The notes under the pieces were generated by a model. It saw only the letters and a list, made by a program, of their open reading frames with translations. It did not search any database and was not told where the DNA came from. A program made the translations under genes and the position numbers. From Monocercomonoides exilis PA203 (Eukaryota > Protista > Preaxostyla), in the NCBI GenBank assembly GCA_001643675.2, contig LSRY02000015.1, positions 310,001 through 374,000 of the forward strand: DNA of 64,000 bases, in the 5' to 3' direction. Positions 14,036 through 27,000 of this stretch are shown in pieces; position 1 is the first letter of the stretch; every line of letters starts with the position of its first letter.

Positions 14036-15390
14036 ATGAAAAAGGAAGTTGCAAGGAAATCTACTGCGAGTCAGCTGAAGCTGTGGGAGGAAATGCTGTC
14101 CCTCAAATACAGACAATTTCGGAATCCACTGGAGCGAATAAAACATATTGTTAACGATGGAGCTGTGCGTATGGTATATGCTCACAACAGGAAAAAATTT
14201 TTCAAAATTCGAATCAAGCGTATGGTGAAGGCTGTTCGGCAAGGCAGATAGGTTTCTTTAATTGGAAGACCAGCTGTGGTCATTGGCGAAAAGGAGCAAA
14301 CAGTACTGGACATAATTAAAATGAATCACTCTCTTGAGCAAGCTTAACCATCAAGAAAATTCGTGAACTTGTTTGCATTCGTATTCTTTGATATAAATAA
14401 CAAGATATATATTGGATTGATAAATATTGCAAATGATTTGGACCCAGAAAACATTCCAGATGAGAAAGTTTCTGATTCCGTTGCCCACGATTTCATCAAA
14501 AGACATTCCGAGCTGAAGATATCAAAACCGAAAATCGTTGAAACAAGCAGGCTTGCTGTATCATACCAACAAGTTCAAAAGTCCTGGTATGATGTGCTCA
14601 ATGGATTGCATCAAACAAATAATTACAAAAATGCACTGATTTTCAACGTGGACTAGTCATCACTCAGGGTTCCCTACAGCTCCAATCAGAATGTTGTTCA
14701 TCAAGCAAATGCAAAACCAGATTTCGTTTTATCTGCTGAGCGAATGGTAAATTCAGCACTGATTGCTGCTGTTAAAGCTGATGGTCAATCATTTCCTTCA
14801 GTGATCCTGTGTCCGAATCTCAAATTTCCTGATGACTTAAAGCCTCTTCAGTCTTCTAATCTTCAGATTTGGAAGAACAAATGCTGATGGATGGAATCTT
14901 CTACGTTCAGAAAATATGCTCTGACAATTCTTTTCCTTTCGATCAAAGAAATAAGACATCGCTTGTCAATTGACAAATTGCACTGCTTGCTTTTAATCGA
15001 CACACACGTTTCTCGTGCGGATCCCACAATCTGGCAAGAATTCAAAAAAGAAAATGTGGATGTTGTGACGTTCATCCCTCACTGCACACACATCTGCCAA
15101 CCACTTGACCGAGGCGTATTTGCAGTCATGAAGTCTGAGATGAGTTCACAGTTCAAATCATTTTATCGTTGTCTTCAGCAGCAAAAAGAATAGTTCTGGT
15201 GAAGCTCTTCAACAATCAATTCATTCTGTGCTATCACCTTCTGTCATCAAAAGAGCATTCAAATGCAGCGGCGTGCTGAAAGACTCGTCTGGGCCAGTTC
15301 TGATAAAGCTTCCTCAATCATCAACTTATCCTCTTCCTTCACATAAAAATAGATTTGACTTCTACGGTAAATAAATAACAGAATAAAAGC
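14036..15390 (+). mobile_element. Decayed pogo/Tc5-like (CENP-B HTH + DDE_1) transposase
   Basis: Motifs HDFIKRHSELK, IFNVD*SSL, LLLIDTHVSR and FIPHCTHICQPLDRGVF; in-frame stops at ~14251, 14656 and 14888. Confidence 0.85.
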
Positions 15391-15911
15391 TTTTAAAATG
15401 AGTGGGATTATTATTTGAAAAAGAAAAATGAAATGGAAAATGAAAAAGAAAACATTTGGGATAAAGAAAACGAAGTAACTTTTAATTTCACAAAAAAGCT
15501 GAAAAGATAATTCGTAATTCGAAAGGATAAAAACAAAGTTGAGAAAGAATCATTTGATGAAAATGAACGAGGAAAGGACAAAAGAAAAGACGTTCGCAAA
15601 CATGATTCCAGTTTAAAACAAATTTCATTTCCATTCCTTTTCATTCCTTTCGATTTCTTTTTTTGCCACTCAATGATGATATATTGCTGAAACAAAAGTA
15701 CATCAAATTTGCAGAAAAGTGACGACCAACAAACAACCCCATTTGCTGGAGAAAGATTTTTTATTTCGATTCAAAATAAAAATGACTTTAAACAATTCAC
15801 AAAAAAATAAATACTAAAATGAAATGGAAAAAATATAAAAGTCACAAGGAAAAGAACTTCATTTTTCATTTTTAGAATTGAATAATATTGCCAAACAGTT
15901 GTTTGTTCAGA

Positions 15912-17159
15912 TTAGAAGCAATAATCTCTTTCTCTTTCATCATCATCATCGTCGTCATCATCGTCATCTTCATCATCAATGTCCGGATCAAAAACATAAC
16001 CGAATTTAAATTCTCGTGCCTTGCATCCTTTCATATGTTTTGTCAAAACCTCTGATTCAAATGTTCGATGACAGTTAGGACATTCAGCAAGACCTCTTAA
16101 AAAAAGGAAGATGAAATGACAGAATAGATTCAACACAAAAATTTAATAGCAAATAAAGCTATTCATAAACGGCGCGTCAAACTCTTTGTATGTTTTCATT
16201 GCATTTTCCCTCTGTTCATCAATTTCTGCTTGAGTAATCTTCCCGTCTGCCTTTATTTCTTCAATCTCTTTAAGAAGCTCATCCAGGTCTGGTACTGGCC
16301 TTCTTGCATATTCTGGTACATGCTTTTGATCATTGCCAAATTGCTCCAAGCATTGCTTTAAATGCCTTTCAATCGACGCAGTTCCATACTCCCTGCAAAA
16401 AGTCATAAAATTATTGAATAATTGTAAATTCAAAATGAACAAAGAATAAAAAATTTTTTATACCTTCCACAAATTCCACATATGAAAAATCTGGGCTTAG
16501 AAGTCACTTTTTTCTTATTGGATAAAAGTGCATCAACATCAGCATCCTTGGGCTTTTTCGGGCAAACATGAATGTGCTTTACAATTTTGTCAGAGAAAAA
16601 TCCTCTATTGCAATAAGGACATTTATTCCTATTGTTCATAGCTATCTCATAAGCCTCCTGATAAGAAAAGAAAAATTAGAAAAAATAAAAAGATGCTCAA
16701 GTAGTTATTAAGTTAAAAACCAGACATCATTCCAAGCTTTGCATTCTAAAATGCATTAGAAAAATTGAACATATTTTCATAAAAAGAAAATTTCAAAATG
16801 GACAGCAAAAAAATAGATTCATTTATAACTTTTTTGATCAGTTAAAGATGTTGGTAGCTCGGCATTTGGTGGATCTGGAACTGGAACTTGAAGTTTGATT
16901 GGAAGATGCTTATCGTGACAAAAAAATCAAAAATTCGTTAAAATAGCATAACAAACAATTTTTCAATACCTTTTGTTCGTTATTCCAAGTTTCAGGACAA
17001 GCTAAAAAGATATAAATAACGAAAGATATGCATTTTCAGTTAAAAGCAAAATTTTGTGTCTCACAAAAAACACAAACTTCTCATATGTCGTTCAATACTA
17101 GCAGATCCATATCCTTGACCACATATATAGCAGTATAGATGGATAATTCGTGAGCTCAT
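15912..17159 (-). CDS. ZNF474/475-like C2HC zinc-finger protein, multi-exon
   Basis: Paired motifs CYICGQGYGSASIERH / CPYCNRGF...KHIHVC / CGICGREYGTASIERHLKQC / CPNCHRTF...KHMKGC, split by short AT-rich introns; ATG at 17159. Confidence 0.8.
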
Positions 17160-17229
17160 AAATCTTTTTAAAAACAATCACAGAACGTTAATTTGACCCA
17201 CAATTTAATTAATTTATAAAAAATAAAAA

Positions 17230-17993
17230 ATGCCTTTATCTTCCGTTCAAAATGCCGAGGATAGCGCTCGGTCCATTGAAAAAATGAAAATAATTCTTGC
17301 TTCGCAAAGTCCTCAGAGAAAAGCACTTCTTGAAGAAGCAGGTTTTCACCCAACAATAATTATATCAAATGTTTGTTCTTGTTTCTTCGATATTGTTAAA
17401 GTGGATATTTTAGGCGGATGAAGTCGAACCAAAAGATGGTGATGTAAGTGATGTTGAATCTGCGTGCTGCATTAATGCAGAAAAAAAGGCAAAGAAAATT
17501 TTATCTCAAATCAGTAACAATGTTTGAAAAAATAATTTTGAGCTTGTACAAAACTGAAAACAACGCTTTGCATTTTATCGTTAAATAAATTCGGTAGGAT
17601 GCTGATTTCTTAATTGCAGCGGATTCATTGGTTGTTGTTCCAGGTGTAATGACGGCAGGAAAGCCAAAAACCATCGCACAGGCACATGAAATGTTTCAGA
17701 TATTTGCAGAAAAAGAAATTCTCGCAATAAGTGGAGTTCATCTCATTGATTTGAAGACAGGCAAAGGAAAAACATTTTTTGAAACAAGTAAAATCGTAAT
17801 GAATAGTTTATCCTTTGATGAAAGAGATGCATTATTCGAAAGAGTAACTCCCTTAAATAAAGCAGGTGGATTCAGTATTGCGTTGATGCCAGAATTAATT
17901 AAAAGCATTGAAGGAAGTCGATCAAACATTGAAGGATTACCAATGGAAAGGATTAAACTTGAAATGCAGAAAATAATAGAAGCCAGACCATAA
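17230..17993 (+). CDS. maf: Maf-like nucleoside triphosphate pyrophosphatase (2 introns)
   Basis: IILASQSPQRKALL, AEKKA, LIAADSLV, GKP, KAGGFSI and IEGSRSNIEGLP are Maf family motifs; introns at ~17370-17413 and ~17522-17597. Confidence 0.9.
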
Positions 17994-18187
17994 AACATTT
18001 GTAATATGGATGTTTTCACATTTTTTTTACAAACTTTTTTTAATTAAATTCAAAAATAAAAATCACGAGAAAAGATGATAAAGGATTTAAGATCAAATAA
18101 TATTTCTATTTTTCAATTGCTTTTGATTGGGTATAAACAGCTTTTTGTGAAATTTTTAAAATTGAATTGCTCATATGTTTAGTAGTT

Positions 18188-21100
18188 ATGTGTGCTCAAA
18201 AATTCAGGGCACGTCCAATCATCCCGGACCGTCAGTATCATATCTACACAAAAGCAGATATTTTTGCGGAGGAAACTGGAGAAGTTTCTCGTAATTTGCA
18301 ATCAGAATCGACAGGGATGGAAAAGGATGAGGAAAAGGTATTTTGATGCTTTTAAATAGTTTTGGAGAATTCGTTATTCCTTGTTCATTTCAACAAAAAA
18401 GGAAACTCACATTCAAAAAGCACTTAGCGCTCTTACAACGGGACGAGCGCAACACATTGAGGTGCCAACTCCACCTTTTATTGAGATTCCTATCGAAGAG
18501 CAATATCATACGCAATTTAACAAGCCTCAGTTCTATTATCATGCAAGTGGTTTGGTGACATTCATCTTTTCTTCCTATAAAAAATATTTTTGTTCTGTTC
18601 ATAGAAAAGCAAGCTGAAATAATGTCGGAAGAAGTTGAATATACTCTTGATGACGAAGATTTTGCATGGTTTGACAGACATAAAGATGAGGACACTTTTG
18701 CAAAATTAAACTTCAATGAAGATGACCTTGAGTATCTGTTTGATCGTCTTGAGAAAAAAACAGCATATCAAGAAAATCATCTCATATCTGAAGTTGACTT
18801 TTATGAATATCTTCGAAATGAGACTGAGACAAGACCAGAGATTAAGAGGCTTCTAGGCTCAAAAATAATACAGCTTGTGTATTTTTTGTGGAGAGGGAAG
18901 AGACAAAAGAGGGGAAATGCACTGCTGCGGAGATTTCAGACTCCGACGCCTGTAGACAACAGGGATTTGACGCTTTGTTTTAGACCTCGCGGATCACGTG
19001 CTGGAGGAAGGAGACAGATGAGGCGAAATGACTGCTCGTCATATATGCGGCTTTTGAAGCTGTACAATGAAATGAACCAGTTTTTAAAAATTGTAAGACT
19101 TATTGAGAGGAGAGAGAAGAAGAAGAAGATCGAAGCAGAGCTGATTTACACTATCTACCTATACAAAGCACTCGAAAAGCAGACAATTGGAGAACTTGAA
19201 ATTCCTCTCTTTCTTTTTCCCCAGAAAATGTTCGAGTCTCCAGCGTCTGGCGACTCGATGGAGTCCGGCGAGGCAGGCGCGGCTGGGGCAGGCACAGGAG
19301 CAGGCGAATCTGGGCGAGGAGCGGTGGTGGTGGCATCATCTTCGCTGGTCTCGACATCTTCATCATCGCATTCAGAGAAGTCGCAGCAAAGCGGACTGAG
19401 CAGCCGCAACAAGCAGGAGCGCTCCAAGCGCCGCCCGCACAGGCCAGTGATGCACAGGGGGAGCATGGCAGCACCAGGTGCCTCCTCTTCTGTACTGTCA
19501 GCACCGTCGTCTGCGTTCTCTCGCTACGGCGTCTCGTCTTCTCCGTCGTCGATGGTCATCGGCCCTGTCTTCCCCGAAGACACAGAAATGGAAAAGGACA
19601 CGCTGCGACGGAACGAGGAATACGAGCGCTCGTCAAGGTATGCACCACGCGGGAGAGGCGAGGCGAGGGAGGAATCTGAAAGCGAAGAGCTTTCGCTGAG
19701 TAGCGAAGATGACAACAAACAACAACGGAGCGGGCTTTCTCCGTCAGGCGCATCGAACTCGAGCAGTGAAGAGTCGTTTGTTTCACAGACGTTCTCAGAG
19801 GAGTCGCCAGCGTCGGAAACGAAAGTGAAGAAGAAGGAAAAGAAAGTGAAGAGGCTGAAGGAAGGGAAGCAAAGATTTGCGGCGCATGTGTATGATGGTT
19901 TGTCTTCTGAGAATGAAGAAGACGAGGAGCAGGGAAGAGGAAGAGAGCAAGCATCGAGAGCAGAGAAGAAAGATACCGCAGCAATAGGAGCTATCTCAAT
20001 GACAGGCTCAGCCGCAGCTCCGAAGACGGAAGAAGGAAGGAGTGTTTCATGCGAGGTTGAAATAGGAGCAGAAACAAGCAAGCTTTTCGGGGTGGATGGA
20101 TTGGATTCGCTGGCTGAAGAAGCAAAGTACATCGAGGCGCTTCAGCGGAAGACGAGGCAGCTTGTGCTGCGGTGGAAGTCGGTGGAAGGTGCACCGATGA
20201 AGAAGCTGGAAGAGGAGAGAAAGAAGGACGGAGAAGAAGATTACGACATTTACGATGCACAGGATGAGCTTGTTTCTGATGCGTCGAGCGAAGAAGAAAT
20301 GGAAGAAATGGAAGAAAGTGAGCAGAAGGAAAACAAAGGGACAGATGGAAGCGAAGGAAGTGGAAGTGAAAGAAGGGAATCGAAAAGACAGGAATTGATT
20401 GGGGCTAAAGTTGAGGGAAAAGAAAATGCAAAGACAGCCAAAGAGGAGTACTTAGGTGACGAAAATTCAGCAAACTTCAGTTCGATCATACAGAAGCAAG
20501 CAGAGCAAATGATGAATGAAAGGCCATCATATCCATTTTCAGTCAACTCTGCAATGGAAGGCTTTCATTCTCGTTATTATCCATCGCAATCTTCTTTGTT
20601 CCCAACAAGAACAGAACGAGAAGTTCTGATGAGCCGCAGAAAGGAAGAGGAAGAAAGAGAATGGCTCGACCGGCGGAAGCTCTGGAGCAAGATGGAATGC
20701 TACGAGTTTGACGATGCACTCACAGAAAACGGCAAAGAAATGGAGGAAGAAAGAGGAGAAGGAAAAGGAGGGAAAGGGGGGAAATCACATCAATTTGGCA
20801 GGCTTCAAGAGAGAGGAATGTACGAAGCGGAGGAAGAGGAGCAGCAGATTATTCGCTATACAGATGCAGAAGGAAGCAACAGAGTAGAAGAGAACAAAAA
20901 TCGCACTGGAGATTTTGAGGGAGAAGGAGGCGAAGAGGAAGAAGACGAGAGAGAGAAAGCAGTGCAAAGTGCGCTGTATCTTCTTCGGAGGGATTTCCGA
21001 CTGGTTGTTGAGACGCTGACAGAGACGGAAGAAACAGAAGGGATAAAATTGCCTCAGAAATCGAAGCTGATGAAGGAGTTTTCGGTGGGTGAAGGAGACG

Positions 21101-23745
21101 GAAGTGAGTTGAATGAGGAAGAAGAGAGGAAGGAAAGAAATTTAGCAGAGAAGGAACGTGAAGAGGATGGAAAAATGCAGAAGGAGAGGAGAGGAAAGAG
21201 GGAAATGGCTGAAGGTAAAGGGGAGGATTTGAATGAGAAAGGCAGTGCGGCTATGGGAAACAAGATGGAAGTGGATCAAATTGAAAATGAAGAAAGAAAG
21301 AGAAGGAGAAGCAAACTGGAAGAAGAAGAAGAAGAAGAAGAAGACATTATGATGGAGGATGATAATTCAATGAAAACTAATGACTTAGCCACATTTTCAG
21401 AAATGGGTCAAACAAGATCCAAAAAGGGTGGTGACAATGACGTTGATGGCGATGTTAGAGATCAACATTACAGGCAGTTCAGACACATAAAAGAGGAAGA
21501 GATGCTCAGAGAACTGTCTTTACTGCAGTTGGCGCCCGGTTTGGGCATAGCGAATCCGAATTGTTTGTACTTAGATGATGACGATGATGGCGGAGATGAA
21601 GAAAACAAAGGCGAAGCTGATGAAGGAGTCAAAGAAAAGAATGAAAAGCGGAATGAATCAAAACATGTTGGTGAAGATACAGAAGACAAAACAGAAACAC
21701 ATTCAGAAGGAAAGCATTTGGAAGAAGAAGTTGAAGAAGAAGAACCGATTCCACCATCATTTTTGTCTGGTGAAAATGCCTTCTCATTCCAACCACTGCA
21801 AATTGGAATACCGCGAAGAGCTGGAATGAAAGGCGAGTTTGACGATGAAGAAGCCGAAGAAGCAGAAAAGAGGAGTTCGAAAGAAGGTTCATCAGCAACA
21901 TTTGATGAAAGAAAGCACAGTGGCAGAAGGAGAGAAAGAAGAGAAGAAATTGGTATGTCACAAGCAGGCGATGACTCAGAAGAAGAAAACGAAAGCGACA
22001 GGGAGTTCATTTTGGAGGATGAGCTGCCACTTAAAGAGAACGGAGACGAAATGTGGAGAAATGTGAAGTCTGTTGAAGACGTTGCATGCATCCGCAACTT
22101 GCTCAACGAGCTGCTGCCGTCAATAGACAGCAACCCAAACAGCCCTGTCCGCCAGCTCCTCTTCCAATATTTGTGGGAGAATGCAAACACAATACAGATG
22201 ATGGAGCAGAATACTCTGAGTGACTCGCAACAAGAGCAGAACATGACAAGCGATGCAGACGCTGCGTCTGAAGACGAAGACAACGAAGACATTGGCAGTC
22301 AGCCAAATGTCTCGGAGAAGGCAGACGCAACCACAAAACCTGCTGCTATGCCGCAAAACGAGAACACACCTAAACACGAAGACTCTTCTGACTTGACACA
22401 CAACAGCGTCACCAGCAACGAAGAGAGCGATATTGACAGCCCAGCTGATGTTGATTATGAGGCAGACAGCGCCACAGACGATCTTGTCGACTCGGCAGCA
22501 GAAAGCAACACAGCAAGTGAGTATTTGAGCAGCGACGAGGAGGAAATTGCAGTGAAATATGGCTATTTGTCTGCGGGAGATGCAGAAATCCTGAGGAGAA
22601 GGAGAAAGTTCTTTAGACTTCATAAGCACAGATTGAGAAGGCAAATTAAAAAGGAGAATGCGAAAAGAAGGAGAAGAGCGCTGAGGCTTTTTGAGATTGA
22701 AGTTCAGAACGAGTCAGATTCACTCAGGCAAAAGTTGTCTCAACTCAAAGAAAATCTCCAAAATGACAACAAAAAGGAAACAGAAAAGGAAGCAAAGCAA
22801 TTACAACAGACTTCGAAAGAGCAACAAGAGCAGACACAAACAGAGGTGCAATCAGAAGCAGCAGCCAATTCTCATTCGACTTCAGCGACACCAGAAGCTG
22901 CTCCGCTGTCTCCGATGTTTTCTCCTCTTTTGACGGCACAAGTTCCTTCAGAAGCTGGACAGGCGAATCAAAAGGATGGATCAAGCGCTTCATCTTCTTC
23001 TCTGTTCAAGCAGCCTCTTTCTTCTGAGGAAGCTTCATCTTCTGCTTCTTCCAGTTCATCTTCTCAAGTTACCAATGAAAGTTCATCTCAAACAGTAGCA
23101 CACAAAAGCAAAAGAGCATCTCATTCTCCACTTGACTCTGTTCCAGTTCCTGTGAAGCAGTTTCTGCTGACGATGTACGATCCACCAGAGATCGAATCTT
23201 TGGCAGCAGACTTTCTGAGGCTCTACAAAAAGGCACGAAAACAAGCAATTGAAGAGGAGAAGCAGGAGAAGATGGGCGAATGCAAAAAAATTGCTTCGTA
23301 CACACTTTCATACAACACGGCACTGCACAATGTTTGGAAGCAGCTGAAGAAAGTGGAGAAGGAAAGGCGAAAAGATCCGAATGTTGCGAGTGCTGACGAT
23401 GATTGCACAGCTTTTGAAGAGAATCCGTTTGCGAATGACGACAGGCTGATGTCGTTTCTTGTGGCAGCAGAGGCAGGAAAGATGAATGACAGAGCAAACA
23501 GAAGGATTATGCCATCAGATAGAGACAATCTGCACATGATGGCGGGGATGCTGTCGAGGAAAGGGGAGGAGGAGCTATTGTCAAGAGAAGCAATGGGGAA
23601 AGAAAGAGAAGAGGAAGTGAAGAAGATTAGAGATGTTAAGTTGAGCGGGCTTGTTGGTGCTCCTGTGAAGATTGTGGAGTCACTCATCAATCAACATGTT
23701 TCTTATGTCAAAGCACAGGCTGCTTCTGTCTTTGAAGATGAATGA
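18188..23745 (+). CDS. EPL1: Enhancer of polycomb-like protein (NuA4 subunit) with a very long acidic low-complexity C-terminus
   Basis: KFRARP, TGMEKDEEK|ETHIQKAL, EVPTP, EYTLDDEDFAWF, LFDRLEK, W..KR...LLRRF, CFRPR and MRRND..SY.RL are EPC/Epl1 motifs; two short 5' introns. Confidence 0.9.
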
Positions 23746-24091
23746 TTCATTTTTCAAATATAAACTTCAATTTTTGTTTAATTTTTTTTTAAAAATATCT
23801 TTTCATTTTAATTTTGAAAATTGTTAAAATAAAAATAAAAATGCCTGATTTCCAATACCTTCTTTCTTTTGTTATTTAAAATGCAGATGGCATTGAATGA
23901 AATAATTTTTGACAGGAGAAGATGAAATAAGAAGACGAAACAAGAAGTGAGCTTTGTGAAGTGATAAAGAAAAATTTCAAACAAGAAGCGCGATGAAATG
24001 AAATGAAACAATGGTCATAAAATGAAAAAAGAAATAGAAATAAGATTAACAGTGAAGAAGAAGCAATTGCAACACAAAAATAACAATCCGT

Positions 24092-27000
24092 TCAGCTTTC
24101 AGAAGGGAAGATTGCATTCCAGTCCTTTTTGAAGAGCTCAAAGTTGTTGGCGAAGTAATCAACTTCGCGTGGCTCGTTGGTGAAATTGATGCGGAGGAAA
24201 AGTTTCACTTGGATGCGCTCGCGAAACGCGTTCTGCTGCCCAATCGGCACGGTGCTCACAATCTGCTCGCTGAATTGCTTGAATAGCTGGAGGAAGAAGG
24301 AACGAAAGAAAATAAATAAAGAGTTTAATTGAAAGACAAAGAAATTGAGGGAACATGTGCAGATATAAGGAGAGGAAGGAGAAATCCATAAAAGAATACA
24401 AATTTATAAATATAATAATAAAATAGAGAGGAAGGAAAAGGGAAAAAAAAACAAGCAAACATTTTTGCGGAGGGAGATGAGAGAGAAAAGAGGATAGACA
24501 GCTGCGCTTTTGGGCTCTGGGTCTTGCACAGCTGTCTTAAACAGCTCAGTCATAAAAGTGGGAAGGATGTTTGGACACTTTCATTGAAAATAATGTTAAA
24601 TGTTTATGTTAAATGATTGCAGGATAGAGAGATAGATAGAGATTGAGATAAGGAAAGAGAATGTTTGATAAGGAAAAGAAAGAAAAGTAATGTTTATTTA
24701 AATAATAAATATATATAAGCAGAGAAAAAATGAAGAATTTTATAATCATTAGTTGAATATAAAACTAAAAAAAACCTGAGTTTCGAGTATTCTGAACATC
24801 TGAACGGCGGGTGTTTCCTTTGGTTCATTGTAGAGGATATAAGCGAAGAGATTGTTAAGAATACTGCACGCATAGCGACACGCAGTTTTATCTGGAATGA
24901 AATGGAGAAATGTATTTGAAGTTTAATAAAATTAGTTTAATCAATATTAGGTGAATGAAAATACAAGTATTGAGTTGATCGAATATTATACAAGAAATGT
25001 TAAGAAAAGAAAAGAAAAGAAAAGAAAAGAAAAGAAAAGAAAGATATTTACATTCCAAAATTTTCAATAAAAAAAGAAGAAAAGAAAAGAAATAAATAAA
25101 AAATTTTGCAAGCAAACCAAAAGAATTAAGGGCTTCATCGACTTTCTGCAGAAAGTCCAGAAATTGCGGAAGTTGTATCTGCATTGCAATTGTTGGCTGG
25201 TCGCGGAAGACGACGTCGCAGAACTCCAACAGCTGGGCAGTCAGCTTCGGATACAGCTGGATGTGTTTGAGAGGTTGAGTGAAGAGATGATGGGGACCAT
25301 TTAAAAAAGAGAAAGAGAAAGATAAAGAGAAAGAAGATAAAAATGAAAAATAATATTTGCAGCAAAATTAATCAAAATGAATATAAACAGTTGATATAAC
25401 ATAACAATTAATACATTGAGCGTTCATTCATAATAATAACACAAAATCCAATTATTTCACACCATCCACTCCCTCTTCGGGATAAACTGCAGCATCTTCA
25501 TCGCCGTCTCCATCGCCGCATTCAGCGACAAATCCTTGTAGAACGCACAGAACGTAAAGGGAACATATCGTCCACTGATTGTATGCTCCAGCGCCGTCAG
25601 CAGATGGCCAATGGGTTTGTATCTCGACTCGACCACGTCTGCCGAGCCAGCTGGCGCGTCGATGGGAGCAATGAGCGACTCGCCCAGCGTCGTTACGAGG
25701 TTGCACGTGGCTCGGAAGATGACAATCGGGTTTGGGCTGTTCTGGTCGAAGCACAGTCGAGACTGGCGGGAGTTTGTCATCTCTTCCCAGAACTTCAGCA
25801 CCACATTCAAAACTTTGCTGTCGCCTTTCCACACAACCATGATTTTCGTCACGACAGGCAAAAAGCCGATGATCTTCTCGAAGACGGTGCCGTAGTACTT
25901 TGTCGAGTCGCACGACTCCAGAATGCCCCGCAGCTGCAGAAAGAGAGCGATGAGGGGGTCGCGGAAGCTCTCAGAACGAAGGCTCTCGTCGCTCATGTCG
26001 TGGATGTAGCGGAGGGAGGTGGCGAAGGGAACAAAGAACTCGTTGAAGAGAGTGAAATGTGCATCGGAGAAGAGAAGTCTGAGTGTGAAGAAAGGAAATG
26101 AAATTGAGGGGAGGAGAGAGAGAAAATATAAGATTCATAACGAAAGACGATTGAAATTCATTAAAAATCACAAAAAGAATTTTCATTTAAAAAAATGAAA
26201 AAAAGTTGATAAGATTTTCAAGCACAATGAAATACGAGGAAGGGTTAAAAAATTAAATAATCCAAAAAAAGAGCTAAGATAAATAGCACACTTTCCGATA
26301 GTTCCGTAGAATTCTCTGTGAAGCGAGGAAGAAGTGTTTAAGAACGGGAAATACTCCTTTGTGTGTCTGGTCAGTAATTGACGTGTCTGTAAGTTTCAAT
26401 GAATATATAAAATAAATAAACAAATACGCCATTCAAATAAATAAATAAATAAATATGCACAGTAATATCCAATAAACAAAATTAAAAGAGAAAAAAAAAG
26501 CAATATAAAATAATTCACACTCAAACCCCATTCCTCCACCCCCTCGATAAACACACCATCTCGTTCTTCACCAGCAGCCTCGGTGTTGAATAACCAGACA
26601 GCAGCGTCCTCAGCAGCATCAGCGCCTTCTTCAGAATATTCTTCGCGTCGTCGTAGTCCCAAAACCGGAGTGTGTTCAACGTGCACAGAAAGATCAGCGC
26701 AATCACTTCGCTTTTGTCCTTCAGCCCACACAGCTCATTCAAAGCAACAAACACCTTAGCAAACGAGCTTGACATTGTTACGAAGGCTCTGTCAGTGAAC
26801 TTCTCCATAAACTGCAGCAGCGCCACAGTCAGTCTTTTGCTGCCGTCTGTGTTCTCCATCTGCATCGCACAGAACTTCAGCAGGTCGAACACGAGGCTGC
26901 TCAGCTGCCCGTCGGCGTTGTCAATGTCTTCGTTGAAATGCGCACCAGGACGCACATCAAGCACCTCCCCCACAATATGCACCATCCACGCCAGCTGCGT

